Positions 1 through 7,638 of a DNA stretch of 64,000 bases are shown here, one piece after another. Location of the stretch: positions 8,889 to 72,888 of the forward strand of contig JAJXZH010000032.1 of the NCBI GenBank assembly GCA_021780155.1, in the 5' to 3' direction. The translations under genes and the position numbers were made by a program. The notes beneath the pieces were generated by a model. The model was not told the origin of the DNA. It did not search any database and worked only from the letters and a program-made list of their open reading frames with translations. Every line of letters starts with the position of its first letter. Positions within the stretch are counted from its first letter, which is position 1. The DNA is from a bacterium (lineage in GTDB: Bacteria > Patescibacteriota > Minisyncoccia > UBA6257 > JAGOQP01).

Positions 1-1
1 T

Positions 2-1510
2 ATTACTCACTGGATAATAAAGTTAAGAAATTGGAGAAAAGAATATGATGACACCGGATTAATTACAACTCCAAATGTCGAAAAAGTTTATGGAGCCATA
101 AGAGAAAAAGCTAAAAGAGCATTAAACGATGAAAATAAAGTTGGCGTTTTCACGCTATTGGGTGAAACAGGAACTGGAAAAACGGTCGCCGCCAGAAGAA
201 TTGCCAAGGAAATGTCCGGTGAGCATAATTATGAATTTATTCAAGCGCATTCCAGGATGGTGCCCGAAGAATTAATCGCCAGATTTGGACTGACGGTAAA
301 TGAAGTTGATCCTCAAAAAGTTCCGGAAATGATTAAATTGGCTCAAGAAAATTTTGCCAAGGATAATCCGGGAGTTGTCGGTGATGATAAAAAATTTGCT
401 TTTGATACGATAGAGCAGGTGGTAAAAAGTAGCGCGGCTCAAAAACAACTTGAAACCAAAACAATATATGAGCCGGTTGCAAGAGCGGCTCAGGAGGGTA
501 AAGTGGTGGTTATTGATGAGTTTAATTATCTATCTCCGGAAACTTTGGCGTCGCTTAACGCTTTTTTGGCGTCAGAACCGGGTAAAAATGGAGTTTTTAG
601 TATGGGTGGGAGAAGCGAACAATTTTTGGTACAAAGAGGATTTGGAATTATTTTTACCGGAAATATAGGAAAGAATTTTTTAAACAGAAGTAAGCTTGAT
701 CAGGCATCCGTCAACAGAATTTTAACAAATGTTTATGAATATCAATATCCGGATCAAGAAATAAATAAACCACTTGCCGAATCAATTGTTAATCCATCAA
801 AAAATAAAGGGTATTCAAGGGATCTTTTTGATTCTGCCGTTACTTTGTTGGCTGATAAAAAAGGTAATGTTTCGGCACCCATCGGAGCTATGGAGAAAGT
901 TTGGAATATGACGCGGGCATTTTCTATAATTCAAAGACTAAATGCCGGCGAAGATTTTAGATCGCTTGGAATAGATGCAGATGGAGGATTGGAGCAAAAG
1001 ATAACTGGATTTAAATTTGAATCTATAGCACTTTCGTTTAGGCAGTTAAATTCAATAATTGAGGCCTGGAGATCTGAAGGGTTTAGTCAGCCACTTGATT
1101 ATTATTTGTATGACATGATAGTGAGGCCAGCTTTTATATTGGCTCCAAAAGAGGCGGCTCAGATTTTATATGTTTTTAGAAGTTGGGGTGGATTATTTGA
1201 GGGAGAGCCATGGAATTTAATTGAAGTTGATCCAAAGAGTTGGTCAATTAAGGGTTTAAAGATGATAAATAAAAAAGATATAAAATATGATTCCAAGATT
1301 AGCTCGGTAGAATTATCTGATGTTGCTCAGGAAATTTCCGGGCAAGAAATACCGGCATACCAAAAATTTGAAGGTGATGGTGAAGAAGTTAAAAAAAATA
1401 GTGAAAGAATAGAGATGGAGCTTGAAGAAATAGAAACAAATTTTGCCAACGCCGTCAAAGAAATGGAGTCTGTTAGTAATTTAGCTGATATTATTTGTGG
1501 CGATAAATAA
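2..1510 (+). CDS. MoxR/dynein-related AAA+ ATPase, 5'-truncated by the window edge
   Basis: Walker A GETGTGKT, Walker B VVVIDEFN, sensor FTGN, LDQASVNR; the frame is open from position 2, so the true start lies upstream of the window. Confidence 0.75.
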   Translation: MTHWIIKLRNWRKEYDDTGLITTPNVEKVYGAIREKAKRALNDENKVGVFTLLGETGTGKTVAARRIAKEMSGEHNYEFIQAHSRMVPEELIARFGLTVNEVDPQKVPEMIKLAQENFAKDNPGVVGDDKKFAFDTIEQVVKSSAAQKQLETKTIYEPVARAAQEGKVVVIDEFNYLSPETLASLNAFLASEPGKNGVFSMGGRSEQFLVQRGFGIIFTGNIGKNFLNRSKLDQASVNRILTNVYEYQYPDQEINKPLAESIVNPSKNKGYSRDLFDSAVTLLADKKGNVSAPIGAMEKVWNMTRAFSIIQRLNAGEDFRSLGIDADGGLEQKITGFKFESIALSFRQLNSIIEAWRSEGFSQPLDYYLYDMIVRPAFILAPKEAAQILYVFRSWGGLFEGEPWNLIEVDPKSWSIKGLKMINKKDIKYDSKISSVELSDVAQEISGQEIPAYQKFEGDGEEVKKNSERIEMELEEIETNFANAVKEMESVSNLADIICGDK

Positions 1511-1531
1511 ATAAATTTGTTTTTATTTATA

Positions 1532-2260
1532 ATGCCTCTTAACTGCCCAAACATCAAAGAACTCAAAGAAAAGACCAAACAATCTCTGGCCTTGTTAGAA
1601 CAACTCAAAGAAGAGTTCTCTCAAACAGGAAGTGATAAAACAAGACAAGAAATCATCCCACTTCAAAAAGAGGTAGATTCCAATCTGGAAAAGATGAAAG
1701 AGTCCCTTTCTCAATCCATATCCGAAACTCTCAAAGAACAAGGAAATGATACTGTCCCTCCAATCCCCATTAATCCCGAAGGATTTGTTATTGGTGGAGG
1801 TATTATTCTTAAAACCCCAGACATAAAACAACTTCCCATTCTTACAGCTCTCAAAGAAGTTTGTGGAGAGCTTTATGCCCCCTCCGCCACATCCATAAAT
1901 CTCCCCAATCTCAAAGAAATTCATAAATATCTTTATGCCCTCTCCGCCACATCCATAAATCTCCCTAACCTTAAGAAAGTTAATGGAGGTCTTAATGCCT
2001 ACTCCGCCACATCCATAGATCTCCCCAATCTTAAAGAAGTTGATGGAGATCTTGATGCCTACTCCGCCACATCCGTAAATCTCCCTAGCCTTAAGAAAGT
2101 TAATGGAGATCTTTATGTCCTCTCCGCCACATCTATAGATCTTCAATCAATAACGTTAATTAAAGATGATGTCTTTATATCTCAAAAAACATCACCCAAA
2201 GTCGTCAAATATATCCAAGACCTCAAAGAGAGGGGAATAATCAAAGGAGAGATAGCGTAA
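1532..2260 (+). CDS. Hypothetical protein: N-terminal coiled coil plus five 20-aa LRR-like solenoid repeats
   Basis: ATG at 1532; repeats GxLxAxSATSI(N/D)LPxLKxV; C-rich codon usage unlike neighbouring genes. Confidence 0.7.
   Translation: MPLNCPNIKELKEKTKQSLALLEQLKEEFSQTGSDKTRQEIIPLQKEVDSNLEKMKESLSQSISETLKEQGNDTVPPIPINPEGFVIGGGIILKTPDIKQLPILTALKEVCGELYAPSATSINLPNLKEIHKYLYALSATSINLPNLKKVNGGLNAYSATSIDLPNLKEVDGDLDAYSATSVNLPSLKKVNGDLYVLSATSIDLQSITLIKDDVFISQKTSPKVVKYIQDLKERGIIKGEIA
1865..2143 (+). repeat. Five tandem 60-bp coding repeats (last one partial)
   Basis: Units start at 1865, 1925, 1985, 2045, 2105 with shared core ctccgccacatc. Confidence 0.95.
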
Positions 2261-2359
2261 CAATAAATTTTTTTATCAAATTGTATTCTATATTGTTAAA
2301 TAATAATTATAATTTATTTGATTTTGTCTGTCGTGAGTTTTTTTGTTGCAGGTTGTTAG

Positions 2360-4933
2360 TTATTCAAGGTGCACCTGCTCTCTGAACATTTTAACATAGG
2401 CGGCCAGATAGGGATGATTTTCAAGTTCCGGATCGGATTTTATAATTTCATAAGCGCTGTCTCGGGCAGTCTGGACCAGCTGAGGATTTTGAATGGCTTT
2501 CATTGCCAGGTCGGGTAGTCCAGATTGTTCTTGCCCCAAAAACTGACCCGGACCTCTTAATTTCAAATCAATTTCTGCCAGCTCAAATCCATTTTTGGCG
2601 TTTACCAGCGCCTTCATTCTGTAAGCGGTTGTTTTTGAATTAATATCCGAAAACAAAAAACAATATGATTGATGCTCTCCTCGGCCCACGCGCCCTCTAA
2701 ACTGATACAATTGGGAAAGACCGAAATGTTCGGAACCTTCAATAAGCATTACGGTAGCGTTGGGGATGTCTATGCCGACTTCAATTACTGAAGTGGAAAC
2801 CAGAATATCATATTTTTTATCTTTGAAATCCGTCATTATCTTTTGTTTTTCCGCCGACTTCATTCGTCCGTGCAAAGAAGCGATTTTGAAATTCGGAAAT
2901 ATTTTTTTGGATAATTTTTCCGTTTCTTCTTTAACCGATTTTACCTCCAAATTAAATAACTGGCGGCCAGTCAGGGGAGCTTCCGGATCGGGTGGTTCTA
3001 TTCGCGGACAAATAACAAAAGCTTGTCTCCCGGATTTTATTTGTTGAGTGACAAAATCATAGGCCTTCTGGCGATTAGCTGAAGTCACGGCTTTGGTGAT
3101 AATTGGTTTTCTGTTTTTTGGCAGTTCATTTATCAAGGATAAATCCAAATCTCCAAAGGCGGTTAAGGCGAGAGTGCGGGGTATTGGTGTTGCGCTCATA
3201 CTCAACAGGTGTGGTATCACCAACTCGGATTTACTCTGATTAGACTCGGATTTATTCGGATTATCATAATTTTTGTCGTAAATAATCCTTTGTATTTCTA
3301 GTTTTACATTTCCGAAATTCACCAATAGAGCTAATTTATATTCAGAACCTTTAAGATAATTCCATACTTGTCTTTTTTCAATATTTCCAATAAATGGCAA
3401 TGCTTTCAATTCTAATATTATTTTATTTTCTATTATCAGGTCTGGTTTATACGCGCCAACCTTTTTATCGTTATATTTTATCGTGATGGATTTTTCAGTA
3501 TCGAAATTAATTCTCTTGCTCCGTAGTTCTTCGAGTAGTGCTTTGTGATAAATAACTTCTTTATGACCCGATCCAATTTGATTGTAAACATTAAATAGCG
3601 CTCCTCTTATTTTGTATGTAAGATCTTCGTAAATTAAGTTCGGTTTGGCATCATCCGTTTTTATCCGTGTATTAATCTGTGAATATCCGCGTGTGAGCAA
3701 TGCGCGCTGATTGACTCCGAAACGATGCTGTTCATCAATTACCACCAATGCCGGATTTTTGAATTCAACTCCTTTTTGAATTATAGAGTGAGTTCCTATA
3801 ATTATTTTTATTTTTCCGGATTTGATTTGGGAAAGAAGTTCCTTTTTCGAGATTTCCGTTTCCAGCCCATCTCCATGAAAAGATAATGTTTGGGCCGACG
3901 TTAGTAGCGCTATGCCGTCAGAAAATTCTTCAAAATATTTTTTGAACGTTTCATAGTGCTGGCGGGCAAGGACTTCCGTTGGAGCCATCAAAATTGCTTG
4001 TTTATTATTGTTGGCTACAATTAGCGATGCGATTGCGGCAACGATGGTTTTTCCCGAACCAACATCTCCCTGAAGTAGACGGCTTGTCGGGTGCGTTTTT
4101 TTTAAATCTTCAAGAATTTCATAGAGTGATTTTTTTTGAGCCAGCGTCAATTCAAATGGTATATATGAAAAAAGCTTTTTTATGTATTCCGGAGAATAAT
4201 CGCATGAGTAGGCATCTTGTTTTGAAAGATGCTCCCGCTCGGAAGCGTTTACCAGTTGCAGTAAAAATAAATCTTGAAAAGAAAACCTCCTTTCAGCTTC
4301 TTGAGCTTGTTCTATCGTGTCCGGGTAATGAATTTGAGCAAACGAGTCGGCGAGTGAAGGAAAATTAAATTCTTGAACTACATTTTCCGGCAAAAATTCG
4401 GGACTGTCGGCAAAATCAGGCAATATTTTACTGACAACAAAACGAATCATTTTTGATGTGACCCCTTCGGTTTGGGGATAGACCGGAACCAATCGGCCGG
4501 TGTGGCGAGTTTCCTGAAATTCATCATTAATAATTTCAAACATTGGATTTTGGAATGTAAGATGTTTTCCCTGAAGCATCGGTTTTCCGGCAAAATTAGC
4601 AAACTTTCCTTCTTTTAAAGTGTTAATTAGAAATTTTTGATTAAACCAAACGGCTTTAACCTTTCCGGTTTCATCAGAAATGGTTGCCTCCACTATCCAC
4701 ATTTTTTTGTGGAAAGTTTTATAGATGCCGACTTTTTCTATTTTTCCATAAACTGTCGCTATTTGACCTTCGGCAAGGTCGGATATTTTTGATATTTTTG
4801 AAAAATCCAAATATCTGAAAGGAAAGTAATATAAAACATCTTTAACCGTTTTGAGCTTAAGCTTGGAAAGTTTTTCTGAAATTTTTTGTCCGATGCCTGA
4901 AATTGAAGTTAATGGTGATGAAAAAGAAATCAT
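2360..4933 (-). CDS. recG: ATP-dependent DNA helicase RecG with an in-frame ~155-aa GxxExxY insertion
   Basis: Wedge/OB N-terminus, LLQGDVGSGKT, DEQHRFG, SATPIPRTL, QFRGRVGRG, DLKLRGPG; likely ATG at 4933. Confidence 0.95.
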   Translation of the reverse strand: MISFSSPLTSISGIGQKISEKLSKLKLKTVKDVLYYFPFRYLDFSKISKISDLAEGQIATVYGKIEKVGIYKTFHKKMWIVEATISDETGKVKAVWFNQKFLINTLKEGKFANFAGKPMLQGKHLTFQNPMFEIINDEFQETRHTGRLVPVYPQTEGVTSKMIRFVVSKILPDFADSPEFLPENVVQEFNFPSLADSFAQIHYPDTIEQAQEAERRFSFQDLFLLQLVNASEREHLSKQDAYSCDYSPEYIKKLFSYIPFELTLAQKKSLYEILEDLKKTHPTSRLLQGDVGSGKTIVAAIASLIVANNNKQAILMAPTEVLARQHYETFKKYFEEFSDGIALLTSAQTLSFHGDGLETEISKKELLSQIKSGKIKIIIGTHSIIQKGVEFKNPALVVIDEQHRFGVNQRALLTRGYSQINTRIKTDDAKPNLIYEDLTYKIRGALFNVYNQIGSGHKEVIYHKALLEELRSKRINFDTEKSITIKYNDKKVGAYKPDLIIENKIILELKALPFIGNIEKRQVWNYLKGSEYKLALLVNFGNVKLEIQRIIYDKNYDNPNKSESNQSKSELVIPHLLSMSATPIPRTLALTAFGDLDLSLINELPKNRKPIITKAVTSANRQKAYDFVTQQIKSGRQAFVICPRIEPPDPEAPLTGRQLFNLEVKSVKEETEKLSKKIFPNFKIASLHGRMKSAEKQKIMTDFKDKKYDILVSTSVIEVGIDIPNATVMLIEGSEHFGLSQLYQFRGRVGRGEHQSYCFLFSDINSKTTAYRMKALVNAKNGFELAEIDLKLRGPGQFLGQEQSGLPDLAMKAIQNPQLVQTARDSAYEIIKSDPELENHPYLAAYVKMFREQVHLE
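3223..3692 (-). mobile_element. Putative inverted-repeat-bounded element encoding a GxxExxY (PD-(D/E)xK-like) domain, in frame in recG
   Basis: GHKEVIY and PDLIIENKIILELK lie between RecG motifs II and III; imperfect ~40-bp inverted ends at 3223-3261 and 3653-3692 built of CGGAT/CAGAT units. Confidence 0.7.
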
Positions 4934-5141
4934 AAAAAACATTTTACTACTTATTGTCTCCAAATTACAGAAATAGCCAATAAATTTTTCTCGATTTTCA
5001 TCTAAAACTTTATCTTTGTTTGGTGCTCATATTTGCCACCGATCTGAAATTTGACCCGTGGTCAATATCAATAATACTAACAAATTTCACTCAAAATAAG
5101 GTTTGGGGCGTATATTTGAGACGGCAAAAAACAATAAAATC

Positions 5142-5183
5142 AATCTGTCAAGTATCTCACGATCGTGAGATACTTGACAGATT
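5142..5183. repeat. Perfect 42-bp palindrome with no spacer
   Basis: aatctgtcaagtatctcacga|tcgtgagatacttgacagatt. Confidence 0.97.
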
Positions 5184-5441
5184 TGTGTCGGTCGCTTATA
5201 TTTACTCAATTGATTTTTGATATGATTTCCGAAGCAAGTTTGCATTCAATTTTGTCCGATATGATTTTTTGAAAATGTTTTTCCGTTATTTGTGAACGAT
5301 TTGATGGTAGTTTTTTTAATTTATTTTTTGGTGTTATAATTAAATTAAATATTATAGAATATGAAAACTTGTAAATTCTCAAAAAATTGCAGGAGGTAAA
5401 ATTCAAACGATACTTTAGAAAATATAATTAATTTAAAAAAT

Positions 5442-5675
5442 ATGATAAAAATTTATTCAACTACGCATTGCCCGTATTGCAAAATGGCAAAAGATTACTT
5501 TGATAAAAATAAAGTGGAATATAAAGATTACAACGTTGAGGCTGATGAAGAAGCGCTGGCGGATATGGTTAAAAAATCTGGCCAGATGGGAGTCCCGGTA
5601 ATAGATATTAACGGCACTATTATTGTCGGTTTTGACAGGGGAGCTATTGATCAAGTATTGAGTTCCAAAAAATAA
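5442..5675 (+). CDS. Glutaredoxin / NrdH-redoxin family protein
   Basis: CPYC active site, GQMGVPVI, GFD. Confidence 0.9.
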   Translation: MIKIYSTTHCPYCKMAKDYFDKNKVEYKDYNVEADEEALADMVKKSGQMGVPVIDINGTIIVGFDRGAIDQVLSSKK

Positions 5676-5766
5676 AATCAATTACCAAAATCCCAACAAT
5701 AAGCTATAATTAAACTAATCGGTATTTGTTAGACCGAATTTATTAAAATTAAAAAATAATTTTATT

Positions 5767-6222
5767 ATGTTAACTCTTGAACAGATGTTAATCAGGTTGG
5801 TTATAGCTTTGGCGTTGGGATTTATTATGGGATTTGAAAGAGAGCTTATAGGTAAAGAGGCCGGAGTTAGAACTTGTATGACGGTGGCTTCCGGTGCCGC
5901 TATTTTTGCCATGATATCTATAACCCTTCCTTATATTGTGGCAATTTCTCCGGAAAATCTTTCCGATGTTATTGCCAGAAATAGCGGGTTTTTGACGGTT
6001 GTTGCCAATATCGTTGTTGGTATCGGATTTTTAGGAGCAGGCATAATTATAAAAACAGAAGAAAAAATAAAAGGAGTAACAACTGCCGCGTTGATCTGGT
6101 TTGTGGCGGCGGTTGGCGCTTTGGTTGGATTGGGACTTGTTGATTTTGCAATAATTGCCTCAATAACCATAACCTTGATTTTGTATGTTTTAAGGAATAT
6201 TAGTTTTGGAAAAAAATCTTAG
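5767..6222 (+). CDS. MgtC/SapB family membrane protein
   Basis: GFERE...AGVRT, GIGFLGAG, GVTTAA motifs. Confidence 0.9.
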   Translation: MLTLEQMLIRLVIALALGFIMGFERELIGKEAGVRTCMTVASGAAIFAMISITLPYIVAISPENLSDVIARNSGFLTVVANIVVGIGFLGAGIIIKTEEKIKGVTTAALIWFVAAVGALVGLGLVDFAIIASITITLILYVLRNISFGKKS

Positions 6223-6262
6223 ATTTTTTGTGGTGATTGTTAATTATTAATCAATAAAAAAT

Positions 6263-7189
6263 ATGTATGATGTTGCAATAATCGGCGGAGGACCGTCAGG
6301 AGTGGCTGCCGGTATTTATGCCTCAAGAAAAAAATTAAAATCGGTTTTAATTACCAAAGATTTTGGTGGTCAATCGGTCAATTCTGCGTCTATTGAAAAT
6401 TTTATCGGATATAAATCAATTAGCGGAGTTGATTTTGCAAAAACCATCGAAGAGCAACTAAGAGCCAATGACGGAATTGAAATTAAAGACGGATTGCTTG
6501 TTGTCTCCGTAAAAAAGCTTGGTGATTATCTTTTTGAAATAACCGATAGCGCCGGCGGAATTTATCAAACAAAAACCATTTTGTATGCGGCGGGTAGCGT
6601 TTATAAAAAATTAGAAGTTCCCGGAGAAAAAGAATATGAAGGCAAAGGAGTTTTTTATTGTTCTATCTGTGATGCTCCGCTGATGAAAGGCAAATCGGCG
6701 GCGGTAATCGGCGGAGGAAACAGCGCGCTTGAAGCGGTTATAGATCTTTTGCCGTATGCTTCAAAAATTTATTTAATTACCAGAAGTGGCATAAAAGGCG
6801 ATGCCGTTTATAGAGAAAAAATAGAAAAAGAAAGCAAGGTGGAAATTATAAACAATGCCAATACTCAAGAAATTTTTGGAGATGCTTTTGTCAAAGGAAT
6901 GAAATACAAAGATTCAACAACAAACGAAGAAAAAACTCTCGATGTTTCCGGAGTTTTTGTTTCTATAGGATGGACGCCAAACTCCGGATTGATAAAGGAT
7001 TTGGTCAAGGCCGACGCCAAGGGGCATATTTTAGTTGACTCTAAAACTCAACAATCATCAATGCCGGGTATCTGGGCGGCGGGAGATGTAGCAGACGGTC
7101 TTTATGCCCAAATCGGTCCGGCGATAGGCGAAGGTATAGTGGCACTATTGAATATCTATGACTATATTGTTTCCGAAAATAAAGCATAA
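6263..7189 (+). CDS. trxB: Thioredoxin-disulfide reductase (TrxB/AhpF-like)
   Basis: IIGGGPSG, CSICD, IGGGNSA, AAGDV. Confidence 0.88.
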   Translation: MYDVAIIGGGPSGVAAGIYASRKKLKSVLITKDFGGQSVNSASIENFIGYKSISGVDFAKTIEEQLRANDGIEIKDGLLVVSVKKLGDYLFEITDSAGGIYQTKTILYAAGSVYKKLEVPGEKEYEGKGVFYCSICDAPLMKGKSAAVIGGGNSALEAVIDLLPYASKIYLITRSGIKGDAVYREKIEKESKVEIINNANTQEIFGDAFVKGMKYKDSTTNEEKTLDVSGVFVSIGWTPNSGLIKDLVKADAKGHILVDSKTQQSSMPGIWAAGDVADGLYAQIGPAIGEGIVALLNIYDYIVSENKA

Positions 7190-7282
7190 AAACTTTTTGG
7201 ATTTTGGATTAAAGAAAAAATCTTTTCTTTAAATTACAAAAAAGTGCCTTTTGAGGCGCTTTTTGTTATAATAGAAGTAATT

Positions 7283-7618
7283 ATGATTTTGGTTTATTCT
7301 CTCAAAAATTTTATATTAGATATCCTTCTTTTTTTCAAGCATTGGTATTGGGACGGATTTCATTTTATCTACGGTAAAGCGCTTGGAATTATAAGAGGAT
7401 TGGAAAGGAGTTTGGCAATAAGAATCAATTTAAGATTTCTCTTTCAGCCGTTGTATCAGGAATATAATATTTATGGCTATGTTTTGGGCTTTCTGTTTAG
7501 ATTATTTAGAATTTTATTTGGCGGATTGGGATATTTATTGATAATGGCATTTTTTCTACTCGTTTATTTATTGTGGGCGGTTTTTCCAATTTTTGCCGTT
7601 TATAAAATATTTAAATAA
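7283..7618 (+). CDS. Small membrane protein directly upstream of the Clp ATPase
   Basis: Hydrophobic C-terminal helices; likely ATG at 7283. Confidence 0.65.
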   Translation: MILVYSLKNFILDILLFFKHWYWDGFHFIYGKALGIIRGLERSLAIRINLRFLFQPLYQEYNIYGYVLGFLFRLFRILFGGLGYLLIMAFFLLVYLLWAVFPIFAVYKIFK

Positions 7619-7638
7619 TTTTTAAATTAAAGATATTT

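Noticed and set aside
1595-2146. 183-aa antisense ORF with IYGCGG repeats
   Set aside because: Mirror of the 60-bp repeats on the opposite strand; no independent start signals
1510-2276. Possible short direct repeats (aataaattt..ttttat) flanking the repeat-protein gene
   Set aside because: Short, imperfect and almost all A/T; expected by chance
3223-3692. Intein or group I/II intron in recG
   Set aside because: No Cys/Ser N-terminus or His-Asn C-terminus, no LAGLIDADG or RT domain, and almost no non-coding sequence to form a ribozyme core
5020-5406. Two 66-aa ORFs in the recG-glutaredoxin gap, or a replication origin
   Set aside because: No recognisable motifs, one ORF runs through the palindrome, and no clustered DnaA boxes were seen
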